From Candidatus Nanohaloarchaea archaeon (GTDB taxonomy: Archaea; Nanohalarchaeota; Nanosalinia; Nanosalinales; Nanosalinaceae), in assembly GCA_042218325.1 (NCBI GenBank), contig JBDGRE010000002.1, positions 1 to 40,722 on the forward strand: DNA of 40,722 bases. The letters are read 5' to 3'. Position numbers and translations under genes: made by a program. Each line of letters opens with the position of its first letter. The first letter of the stretch is position 1. Positions 26,937-35,259 of this stretch are shown here, one piece after another. The notes under the pieces were generated by a model that saw only the letters and a program-made list of their open reading frames with translations, did not search any database and had not been told where the DNA came from.

Positions 26937-28083
26937 ACGGCACCACCTGCTGCGTACCGCTGTCCACGTAGCCTGCGTTTATAGGCTGCGAGCCTGCCTC
27001 TCCTTCCACCAGCAGGCGGGTAACGGTCTCCGCCGGCCAGTAAACCCCCGGCTCTATTTCGCCGTCCCGCAGCTCTTCCCTGTAAACCTTCGCCATGGAA
27101 CGTTCCAGCTCTTCCAGGAACCTGTCCGCGGGTTCCTCCCGGTCTGCGTCCCTCCAGACAGTGGTGTCCTCCAGCGGACGTTCCGCATCCACACCCCAGT
27201 AACGCTCCATGCTTTGCTTCAGGGCCCCGAAGACATCCCGGGCTATCTCTCCGGCGCCGTCGCTGTCGTGGCTGATGTGCGAGTGGTAGCCGAGGTCGAC
27301 GTTCTCGATACTTTCCGGGTCGAGCCTGTCTACCACCTGCATCAGCATCCCCATCTCGAGGCCGTAGCCGGGCCACGTCTCCATATCGAGGAAGAGTTGC
27401 CTGTCGACCGCGAACTCTCCGCTGAGAGGGTATCCGAACTGCTGTAGCGATTCTATACCTTCAGTATCCATCTCTGCACGGGAGTATAGGTCGAAAAGAG
27501 CCCTCGTGGCTCTCGTGACGCGGCCGCCGTACATCTGTTCTTCTTTACCATCGACCTCGAAGCTGTCGTACCTGTTGAGATCTCCTTTCGCGAACATCGT
27601 GTCGCCGTTGATAGCTGACGCGAGGTCTCTCATGTAGGTGGCTATCGACTCGCCGATCCTGTCATCCACGGTCGTGGTAACGTCGCTGTCCAGGAAGACC
27701 AGGCTATCTCCTTCGGCGAGCGCCGAGGCCTGGAACAGCGCGGAGCCCTTCCCGGGCGGTAGCTGGCCCTGCTCTACCCCTGTCTCCTTCCTCACTTCCC
27801 CCTGGAATCCGGGCGATGATTCGTTCCGGTACCGGGCGATACCGGATTTGCCTGCTATCTCGCGCAGCTCGCGAGACAGCTCCCCCTCCGGGTCGGAGCC
27901 GTCGATGAAAAGCAACTCGTCCACCGTGCCCGACTCTGCCTCCTTAAGCGCCCTGCCGGCGTTCTCGAGCGCCACATCCTCGTTGTACCTGTCCGAGTTT
28001 TCGCCGTCCCTCTCGAGGAAAGGTATCACCGCGGTGATGCTTTCGCTGGCCTCTTCTCTTCCGGAGTCCTGTTCGCCTTCCAT
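26926..28083 (-). CDS. gpgS: glucosyl-3-phosphoglycerate synthase-like (GT81)
   Basis: PGKGSAL, VFLDSD, GGRVT, YPLSGEFA, GYGLEMGML, HSH motifs. Confidence 0.82.
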   Translation of the reverse strand: MEGEQDSGREEASESITAVIPFLERDGENSDRYNEDVALENAGRALKEAESGTVDELLFIDGSDPEGELSRELREIAGKSGIARYRNESSPGFQGEVRKETGVEQGQLPPGKGSALFQASALAEGDSLVFLDSDVTTTVDDRIGESIATYMRDLASAINGDTMFAKGDLNRYDSFEVDGKEEQMYGGRVTRATRALFDLYSRAEMDTEGIESLQQFGYPLSGEFAVDRQLFLDMETWPGYGLEMGMLMQVVDRLDPESIENVDLGYHSHISHDSDGAGEIARDVFGALKQSMERYWGVDAERPLEDTTVWRDADREEPADRFLEELERSMAKVYREELRDGEIEPGVYWPAETVTRLLVEGEAGSQPINAGYVDSGTQQVVPSED

Positions 28084-28180
28084 CTGTCGATCACTCAAAA
28101 GCCGACATTCATATTACGACGTAATACAAACTTAAAGGTGGAGGGTAACCGATTTTAACACCCGGCCCGGATGACTACCC

Positions 28181-28591
28181 ATGCGGCAGCTGCTGAGGTC
28201 TATACTGGTCGGCGAATCACGGGCATACGGGTTCACCATCGCGTTCTGGGGCTCCGGGGCCCTGCTGATCAACGCTTTCGGCGTCCCCGGCACCACAGAA
28301 GTCTTCATGTACGCCACCGGGGCCATCGCAGGCTTCGCGGCGGTCAGCGTGCTCGCGTTCAGCAGCCTGTTCGAGACGGCGGAGACCGAGGACGCGGACT
28401 ACCTCGTGCTGAGCATGATACACTACCTCGCCTCTCTCGGTCCGCTCATCATAACACATTTCCTGACAGATATGGTGGCATGGCTGGCCTTCTTCCTCTC
28501 GGGAGCGTCTGTATCGCTCGTCTACAACCTGCTCCAGCTGATGGAGGAGTTCGTCTCGGAGAAGATAAGGCAGTGGGAGAACGGTCTCTAG
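28181..28591 (+). CDS. small four-helix membrane protein
   Basis: Hydrophobic helices, ESRAYGFTI motif, host-like codon usage. Confidence 0.75.
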   Translation: MRQLLRSILVGESRAYGFTIAFWGSGALLINAFGVPGTTEVFMYATGAIAGFAAVSVLAFSSLFETAETEDADYLVLSMIHYLASLGPLIITHFLTDMVAWLAFFLSGASVSLVYNLLQLMEEFVSEKIRQWENGL

Positions 28592-29337
28592 ACCTCGGCG
28601 ACATCTATCCATTCGCCGCCGTAGATATAGCCGGAAAGCTCCCCCCGGGAGGCGAGCTTCTCGAAGACCTCCTCAAGACTGTCCTCCTCGAGCCGCTCGA
28701 ATATCTCCTGGTCGAAAAGATAGCTGCCCGCGTTAATCAGGCGGGATGGCTCCTCGCCCTCCTCCGGCTTCTCCTCGAAACCGAGTATCCTTGAACCTTT
28801 CAACCGCGCGACCCCGTAGCGTGAAGGATCCTCCACCGTGGTGAGGGCCATGGTCGCCACGGAATCCTCTTCCCTGTGGACTTCCGCCATCTCATCGAAG
28901 TCCACATCCGTTATGACGTGCCCGTTCAGCACCGCGAACGCGCCTTCTATCAGGCCCTCTGCCTTCCTGAGCGCGGCCGCGGTCCCGCGGGGCTGCTCCT
29001 CAGATATGTACTCCAGTTTCAGGCCATCGAAAGCCGCGCCAAGCTCCTCCCTGAGTTCGGTGTTCCGCCCGACCAGCAGGAGCGCCCGGCGGAAACCCTG
29101 CTGCTGCAGGTGCTCAAGTATATGCTCTATCACCGGCCTGCCGTCCCGCTCATCCAGCGACCTGAGCTCCGGGTCACCGCACAGTACGACGGCTGTATCG
29201 ATGGACTGCCGGCTGAAGTAGGACTCTACTATCTCTTCCACCATCTGTGACCTGTTCAGGTCTTCGCCGGAAGCCTCCGAGTCTATCCTTTCGACGAGCT
29301 CCTCCTCTACAGTGAGCGAGACTCTCTTCTTGGCCAT
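28588..29337 (-). CDS. ribbon-helix-helix domain fused to a degenerate sugar-phosphate nucleotidyltransferase domain
   Basis: KKRVSLTVEEELVERID..NRSQMVE followed by GTAAAL, NGHV, YGVA, FEEKP, INAGSY, WIDV; the GxGTR/PK signature is absent. Confidence 0.85.
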   Translation of the reverse strand: MAKKRVSLTVEEELVERIDSEASGEDLNRSQMVEEIVESYFSRQSIDTAVVLCGDPELRSLDERDGRPVIEHILEHLQQQGFRRALLLVGRNTELREELGAAFDGLKLEYISEEQPRGTAAALRKAEGLIEGAFAVLNGHVITDVDFDEMAEVHREEDSVATMALTTVEDPSRYGVARLKGSRILGFEEKPEEGEEPSRLINAGSYLFDQEIFERLEEDSLEEVFEKLASRGELSGYIYGGEWIDVAEV

Positions 29338-29390
29338 CAACAACAACTTGTCGCTCATTCTTTAATTATTCCCGCTGCAAAAACTCCAGT

Positions 29391-30287
29391 ATGATAGAGG
29401 TCACCGGTGGCGCAGGCTTCATAGGATCACGGATAGTAGAGACGCTGCGCCAGGAACACCAGGTAATGGTGGTAGACGACCTGTCCTCGGGAAGCCGGGA
29501 GAATGTGCCAGAGGAAGCCGTCCTCGTCGAGAAGGATATCAACGATCTCGAGGCGGGAGACCTGGAGGATGTCGAAACGGTCTTCCACTTCGCCGCCAAC
29601 CCGGAGGTGAACACCTTCCCCCGAAACAGGGAGAGAGACTTCAGGGACAACGCAGAAGGCACGAAAAGCGTGCTCGACGCATGTACGGAAGCGGACGTAG
29701 ACGAACTCGTATTCGCGTCCTCCTCAGTAGTGTACGGTGAGGAAGCCGAGATACCCACGCCCGAGACCGCGAAGTTCGACCCGATATCTATGTACGCCGC
29801 GACCAAGTGCTCGGCGGAACACATGTGCCAGGTATACAGCCAGATACTCGACCTCGACATCACCATCCTGCGTTACGCCAACATCGTCGGCCCACGGAAC
29901 GAGAAGGGAGTTATCTACGACTTCTTCCACAAGCTCCGCGACGACCCGGAGCAGCTGGAGATACTTGGGAACGGGAAGCAGCGGAAGAGCTACCTGTACA
30001 TCGATGACGCGGTCGACGCCACTCTGAAGGCATGGAAGGCCCCGGGAACGGTCTACAACGTCGGCTCCCGGGACTCGGTCTCCGTCGATGAAATCGCGGA
30101 GATTGTATCAGAGGTCATGGGCCTCGACCCCGAGTTCTCCTACACCGGCGGGGAGCGAGGATGGAAGGGCGACGTCCCCGAGATGCGGCTTTCGATCGAA
30201 AAACTCGAGGACGAGGGATGGCGACCGGAACACGACTCGGAAAGCTCGGTCCGGAAGACCGCGGAAGAACTGCTGGAAAAGCTGTGA
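29391..30287 (+). CDS. NAD-dependent epimerase (GalE-like)
   Basis: TGGAGFIGS, SSSVVYG, YAATK, GNGKQRKSY, GWKGDV. Confidence 0.95.
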   Translation: MIEVTGGAGFIGSRIVETLRQEHQVMVVDDLSSGSRENVPEEAVLVEKDINDLEAGDLEDVETVFHFAANPEVNTFPRNRERDFRDNAEGTKSVLDACTEADVDELVFASSSVVYGEEAEIPTPETAKFDPISMYAATKCSAEHMCQVYSQILDLDITILRYANIVGPRNEKGVIYDFFHKLRDDPEQLEILGNGKQRKSYLYIDDAVDATLKAWKAPGTVYNVGSRDSVSVDEIAEIVSEVMGLDPEFSYTGGERGWKGDVPEMRLSIEKLEDEGWRPEHDSESSVRKTAEELLEKL

Positions 30288-30296
30288 GAGTTCAAG

Positions 30297-30683
30297 ATGA
30301 GCGAACAACCCCTGGAAGAAGACCTGCGGGAGAAACTAAGCGAGGAGGAATACCACGTGCTGCGGGAACGAGGTACAGAACCGCGAGGTAGCGGCGAGTA
30401 CCTCGAGAAGGACGACGATGGCGTTTACCGGTGCAGGGCCTGCGGCCAGAAACTTTTCCCAAGCGACTACAAGTTCGAGAGCTCCGGCTGGCCCAGCTTC
30501 CACGACGCGAAAGAAGGCGCGGTCGAGTTTAAGGAGGACTCACGCCACGGCATGAAACGGACAGAAGTCCTCTGCTCGAGTTGCGGCTCCCACCTCGGCC
30601 ACGTCTTCGAAGATGGTCCGGAGCCGACCGGAAAACGTTACTGCGTGAACTCTGCAGCGCTGGACTTCGAACCAGAAGGATAG
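30297..30683 (+). CDS. msrB: peptide-methionine (R)-S-oxide reductase
   Basis: GTE, CRAC, SGWPSF, CSSCGSHLGHVFEDGP, RYCVNS. Confidence 0.97.
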   Translation: MSEQPLEEDLREKLSEEEYHVLRERGTEPRGSGEYLEKDDDGVYRCRACGQKLFPSDYKFESSGWPSFHDAKEGAVEFKEDSRHGMKRTEVLCSSCGSHLGHVFEDGPEPTGKRYCVNSAALDFEPEG

Positions 30684-30766
30684 CGGAGTTCACTCGAGCA
30701 GACGTTCTCACAGAGAACGCTGCGATTCATCAACGCGGTGGCCCGGGAGTTCGAGGAAGCGGATAA

Positions 30767-31615
30767 CTAAGGCCGCCGTTTCTCGTAGACCGGATCTATA
30801 TTCTTAAAGAACTGGTCTTTGCTCGATGAAGATATGTAAACATTATTCGAATGAATACTAGCTTCAAGCCCTAAACACTCAATAACGCTCTTCAGGAACT
30901 TCTTTTCTGCTTCATCATACGAACATATACGTGGGCCTGAGTTACTGAAGTTGCCATCTGAGTCATAGACACCTTCTATATACTTCCAGCAATCACCCCT
31001 CCTCTTCAACCACTCCTGTTTTGAATCATAGTCGAAACTCATTAACCATTCGACAAGTTTCTTGGAAGAAGCCCAGACCTGTATCTTTCCTCGACCCGTC
31101 CCTTGGCCGGGATTAAGTCCTAAAGTTCTGAGGCAATTCATAAACTTCTTAGCGAACTTCTCTGATTTGACTTCTAAGCCGATAGTCCCCTCATTATCAT
31201 GATAACCATCTCCGTCAGTAACACCTAAAAGATAAGATAACGCTGAATGATTCTCGAAATCCAATTCTATAGTCCTTTCCTCTGAGAGCCTATTCAGCCG
31301 GTTCACAACCTCGTCGCTTCTTTGGTACTCTTCCTCATTTCTTGCAAAACCCAGTTCCATAGCCTTGTGTTTAATCGCATTCCAGGTTCGATTAAGCTCT
31401 GACGTCAACTTTTCGGACTTATCCGGATAATACTGTTTGACTTTCCCAACCTCTTCTTCCGTCCAGAAACCCGTGTATTCAGACTCAACCCCTAATTCAT
31501 CCATCTTTCTTGAAACATATGGCTGAGTTACACCAAATCTTTCTGCTATCTCACGCTGACCTAATCCTTTCTCATGATAGAGAGATACAAGTTTCTGTTT
31601 GTCCAAATCAGACAT
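30767..31615 (-). CDS. free-standing double-motif LAGLIDADG homing endonuclease with N-terminal HTH and Myb-like segments
   Basis: SYLLGVTDGDG and YIEGVYDSDG motifs; LGQREIAERFGVTQPYVS HTH; WTEEE; markedly AT-rich relative to flanks. Confidence 0.9.
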   Translation of the reverse strand: MSDLDKQKLVSLYHEKGLGQREIAERFGVTQPYVSRKMDELGVESEYTGFWTEEEVGKVKQYYPDKSEKLTSELNRTWNAIKHKAMELGFARNEEEYQRSDEVVNRLNRLSEERTIELDFENHSALSYLLGVTDGDGYHDNEGTIGLEVKSEKFAKKFMNCLRTLGLNPGQGTGRGKIQVWASSKKLVEWLMSFDYDSKQEWLKRRGDCWKYIEGVYDSDGNFSNSGPRICSYDEAEKKFLKSVIECLGLEASIHSNNVYISSSSKDQFFKNIDPVYEKRRP

Positions 31616-31691
31616 GAGATAGTTAGCAAATCTTTTTGCCTAAAAACCCAAACGAGAGTCTTCCAGAAGTTCCGATAAAAGGAAAATAATT

Positions 31692-32666
31692 TTAGAGAAC
31701 TGGAGGAAGACCTCCAGCCCCTAAAAGGCCCGAAAAACCTACAGCCAGGGACATATACCCCAATTCGCGAAGCTTGTTCATGATCTCCTTGTCGTCCTTG
31801 TTCTGGGCCCGTCCTGCGCGCTCCTTGGTGTTCTCGATGTCCTGGAGCCAGGCTGGCTCTTCCGCGGACTTGTCGGTGGAGACCTCGCTTCCGAGTGAGC
31901 GGAAGCCAGCCCAGTACTTCGGGCTGATGGGTACGTCTTCCTTGGAGACTCCCTCAGGCAGGTCGCTCTCGTCTTCCGGGTACTCGTCGAGCTCGATGCC
32001 TGTGACGTCGGGGACCATGTGGAACCAGGAGACGTCCCATACGTCGCGCTCGTCGAACTGGAGCAGCGGGTGGACGCGCATGTGCTCCGGTTCGCTTCTC
32101 GGCGAGTAGAAGTCCTCGTCGCCCCGGGATTCGTGCTCGTCCCAGCGGACGCCGTTGATGACAGCCTTGACGCCGTGGTTCTCGAGCAGCTCGTTCATCG
32201 GGACGGTCTTCAGCAGGTGGTTGCCCGCTTCAGTATCCATCAGCCACGGGACCTCCTCGTAGTCGCCGACGCGCTCCGCTTCTTCCTGGTTGCGCTCGTT
32301 GAGCTCCTCGACAGGGACCTTGTCGCCTGGCCTGTCCGCCTTCTCGATGAGGTCCTCGTTCCTGGCGACCATTATCTCGAATCCCCAGTCATCCGCGAGC
32401 TCCTTGACGTAGTCCTCGAGCTCGTCGAAGTGCTGGCCATGGTCGACGAACATGAACTTAGGCTTTTCGAGGCCTTCCTCCTCACATACGCGCTTGACCA
32501 GCCAGGCCGTCAGCGTGGAGTCTTTGCCGCCGGTGAAGCCGATGACCGAGTTCTCCGGCCCGTACTCCTCCAGCGCGCGCTTGACGACCTCCTCGCCGGC
32601 ACGTATCTTGGCTTTTAGTGGTGCGTTCTCGATCTCTTCACGTGTTACAGGTGGTTCGGGTGTCAT
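31692..32666 (-). CDS. PAPS-reductase-family protein, most like sulfate adenylyltransferase subunit 2 (CysD), with a 19-aa C-terminal extension
   Basis: FTGGKDS PP-loop, GVRWDEHESR, RVHPLL, GFRSLG, ERAGRAQNKD..LRELGYM; only one Cys and no ECG motif. Confidence 0.82.
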   Translation of the reverse strand: MTPEPPVTREEIENAPLKAKIRAGEEVVKRALEEYGPENSVIGFTGGKDSTLTAWLVKRVCEEEGLEKPKFMFVDHGQHFDELEDYVKELADDWGFEIMVARNEDLIEKADRPGDKVPVEELNERNQEEAERVGDYEEVPWLMDTEAGNHLLKTVPMNELLENHGVKAVINGVRWDEHESRGDEDFYSPRSEPEHMRVHPLLQFDERDVWDVSWFHMVPDVTGIELDEYPEDESDLPEGVSKEDVPISPKYWAGFRSLGSEVSTDKSAEEPAWLQDIENTKERAGRAQNKDDKEIMNKLRELGYMSLAVGFSGLLGAGGLPPVL

Positions 32667-32673
32667 GTTTGGA

Positions 32674-33465
32674 TCACGTAGTATCTTTCAGCGAGTCCGA
32701 GTAGTGCTGGAGGACAAACCTGCCGACGTCCTCCGGGTCCTCGATGTCGTAGTCAACGTTTTTCGTGATGAGTACGGCGTCCTCGTGGTGGTCGCCCTTC
32801 AGCTCGCCCGCGGGAGTCTCCTCCGGCAGGGTCTGTACCCGGCCCTCGCCGTGCTCTGCGAAGCCGTGGTCGCTGAGAACTATCAGCGGCTCGTCCGAGT
32901 CGAAGTCGTAGTACTCGAGCAGGTCTCCGAGGACGTCGTCCATCTTCTTGTACCATTCCAGCACCAGCTCCTCGTCGTCCCAGTAGAAGTGCGAGACCTT
33001 GTCGAGCTGCATGAACACGACCGCGAAGAAGTCCGGGCCCTCCTCCAGGACCTCCAGCGATTTCTCGCGGAGCTTCTCCATGTCCTCGTCCAGCTCGTCG
33101 AGGTCCGAGGTGACGCCGTAGCCGACCGGCTCATAATCTACGCGGTGGTTGAGCTGCGGGTAGACCGCCGGCACCTGCAGGATGCGCTGGTCGACCTTTT
33201 CGTCATCTATCCTCTCCCAGACGAACTCCGCGTCGATATCCGGCCGTTTCTGGAGCTCGTCGTCGACGATGAAATCCCTGTGACCGTGCTCCTCCTGCGA
33301 CAGGCCGGTAAATATAGAGGTCCAGACCGGCGCACTCTTCGGCTTCTCGTCGACCGTCAGGGTCTTGTGGTCGCACTCCTCCATCAGCCTCGAAAAGTTC
33401 GGCAGCTCGTCTCTGTGCGGTTTTATGATATCCCATGTCGCGGCGTCTACACCTATCAGAATCAT
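32674..33465 (-). CDS. compact AlkP-superfamily phosphodiesterase-like protein
   Basis: IGVDAA, SAPVWTSIFTG, DKVSH, SDHGF, GDHH. Confidence 0.88.
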   Translation of the reverse strand: MILIGVDAATWDIIKPHRDELPNFSRLMEECDHKTLTVDEKPKSAPVWTSIFTGLSQEEHGHRDFIVDDELQKRPDIDAEFVWERIDDEKVDQRILQVPAVYPQLNHRVDYEPVGYGVTSDLDELDEDMEKLREKSLEVLEEGPDFFAVVFMQLDKVSHFYWDDEELVLEWYKKMDDVLGDLLEYYDFDSDEPLIVLSDHGFAEHGEGRVQTLPEETPAGELKGDHHEDAVLITKNVDYDIEDPEDVGRFVLQHYSDSLKDTT

Positions 33466-33467
33466 TC

Positions 33468-33563
33468 GAAACCTCTCCAGGTTTCTGCATGTCCGGAACC
33501 TTTCAGGTTTCTAGGTTGCAGAAGATTCTTAGAATCTTCGAATCCAGAAAATCTACGATTTTC
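33468..33563. repeat. cluster of four short palindromes (two related pairs)
   Basis: GAAACCT-ctcc-AGGTTTC (33468-85); AACCT-ttc-AGGTT (33497-509); GAAGATTCT-t-AGAATCTTC (33521-39); GAAAATC-tac-GATTTTC (33547-63). Confidence 0.8.
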
Positions 33564-33576
33564 GATCATAATATAG

Positions 33577-33777
33577 TTACCCTACGTAGCCAAGATCCTT
33601 CAACTTCTTACCGATTTTACGGGCCTCTTCCTCCGATATCTTCTCCTCGGACTCCATGTCCTTGACAGCGAGGTGCTTCAGAAAGCTCTTCACAGAGTCG
33701 AACGGCTTGTCATCGAGGTACTCCTTGACATCCTCGACGAACTCTCTCTTGAATGATACTGTCGTATAATCAGACAT
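33577..33777 (-). CDS. CopG/RHH-like microprotein with LxxLGY tail
   Basis: YTTVSF strand plus two helices (FDSVKSFL); tail KIGKKLKDLGYVG. Confidence 0.82.
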   Translation of the reverse strand: MSDYTTVSFKREFVEDVKEYLDDKPFDSVKSFLKHLAVKDMESEEKISEEEARKIGKKLKDLGYVG

Positions 33778-33816
33778 CTAATTACATTTAATTAGAAGTA
33801 ATTTATAAGGGTTCGG

Positions 33817-35220
33817 CTAGAACTCGATGTCCTCGACTTCGCTCTCCGACGGCTCTACCGGCCTGAATCCTTCACGAAATACGTCCAGGGGTTCCCCGTC
33901 GCACGCAAGCTCCTGGCCGAGGTACTCCGCTATGGTGGGTGCGACGTCTATTATCTCGACCTCTTCCAGTTGCCCTTCGCGGAAAGCTGGGCCGCTGGCA
34001 GCCACTATCCCTGTATCGGAATGAACGAACGCATCGTTGGAGAGGAACTGCTCGGGGAATATAGCAGATCCTGTGGCGACGTTCTCCGCCGTCTTCACCA
34101 CCAGCTCCGGCATGTTCTCCGGCTCCTCGTAGATCTCTTCAGCAAGCCAAACCTTCTCCACACCGTCGACCTGCTCCAGCCCTTTTTTCAGCTGCTGCCT
34201 GAGCTCTCCTGCCTCTTTCCCTTGCACCACCTCATGGTTGATGTTTATGTCAGCGTAGCTCAGCGAGCCGGCCCGGTACGAGAACGCCTCTGTCCTGTCG
34301 AAATCTATATCCTCTATACCTGTGGAATCGGGTGATAGCTCTACGCCGGTACTGGAGCTTACCAGGTCGTTCATCTTTTTCAGCAGCGGTCTTAAAGGAG
34401 TGTCCGCGAGTATCTTGGCGATCCTCTGGATCTTCTCCTTGCGGTCTCTCGTGGCCGAGCCCTGCTGCTCGAGTTCAAGGTACCCGTTGTCTCTTAACCA
34501 TGCATTCGGGTAAAAACACCGTTCTACCTGCTTGAAACCGTGGTCCGAGATCGCCAGTATGTTGTCGTACTCCTCTATCTTCTGGCCGATGACCTCATCC
34601 ATCATGCCGTAGGCTTCCAGTATATGGCTTTTCCTGTCCGCCGCATGACCCATCCTGTCGGGCAGGTGGTATATCTCTATCTTCACGTCGACGTCGTCCG
34701 GTGTCTCGGAGAACACCCGCTTCTTCTTCTCGAATATCTGCCTGAAAACCTCTCTTTTCTGCTCCCCGTCCGGGACGTCCCCGTGGTCGGGATACTCAAG
34801 TGGCGGAAGCTTCTCTCGGAGCGATCCAGGATAGACACCCGGGTCCTCGGCCATCGGGAGCCCCTCTACAGCGTACCCGTCCAGCGGCCAGACCGGAGAG
34901 TTTCCCGGCACACTGTTCAGCCCGAACCGTCCATCGATCCTGTCCCATACCATGTCTCCCCTCCACCTCTCCGAGGGAGCAGTGAAACGCTCCCGGTCCT
35001 CGTCCAGCTCCGTCAGGTGGTACGTATCGAACCTGTCCGGTCTCTGCCCCGAAAATATCGACACCCACGCCGGTATCGTGACCGGCGGCACAGTAGACTT
35101 CATATCGCCGAAAAAACCTTCATCTATCAAATTCTCCATGTTCGGCATAAGACCTCTATCGATAGCTTCCTCGACGTACTCCCTGACAGCGCCATCGATA
35201 CCGAGAACGAGGAGCGTCAT
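33817..35220 (-). CDS. AlkP-superfamily nucleotide pyrophosphatase/phosphodiesterase-like protein
   Basis: LGIDG, STVPPVTIPAW, DRMGH, SDHGF, DVAPTI. Confidence 0.92.
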   Translation of the reverse strand: MTLLVLGIDGAVREYVEEAIDRGLMPNMENLIDEGFFGDMKSTVPPVTIPAWVSIFSGQRPDRFDTYHLTELDEDRERFTAPSERWRGDMVWDRIDGRFGLNSVPGNSPVWPLDGYAVEGLPMAEDPGVYPGSLREKLPPLEYPDHGDVPDGEQKREVFRQIFEKKKRVFSETPDDVDVKIEIYHLPDRMGHAADRKSHILEAYGMMDEVIGQKIEEYDNILAISDHGFKQVERCFYPNAWLRDNGYLELEQQGSATRDRKEKIQRIAKILADTPLRPLLKKMNDLVSSSTGVELSPDSTGIEDIDFDRTEAFSYRAGSLSYADININHEVVQGKEAGELRQQLKKGLEQVDGVEKVWLAEEIYEEPENMPELVVKTAENVATGSAIFPEQFLSNDAFVHSDTGIVAASGPAFREGQLEEVEIIDVAPTIAEYLGQELACDGEPLDVFREGFRPVEPSESEVEDIEF

Positions 35221-35259
35221 AGAGATACCTTGCCGCGGAAGGATTTTAACCGTTTACCG

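Noticed and set aside
30767-31615. Endonuclease as part of an intein
   Set aside because: It has its own start and stop, is not fused in frame to a host gene, and lacks the N-terminal Cys/Ser block and C-terminal His-Asn.
31692-32666. Annotation as a true PAPS/APS reductase (cysH)
   Set aside because: It lacks the catalytic ECG(L/I)H cysteine and the Fe-S cysteines; the C-terminus resembles CysD.
33468-33563. Possible mini-CRISPR array
   Set aside because: Units are only 17-19 nt, non-identical, separated by under 10 nt, and no cas genes are in the window.
32452-33576. Long antisense ORFs (374 aa here; also 17190-18092, 21451-22260, 34540-35346 and others)
   Set aside because: Shadow or alternate-frame ORFs of well-supported genes in GC-rich DNA, with no motifs.
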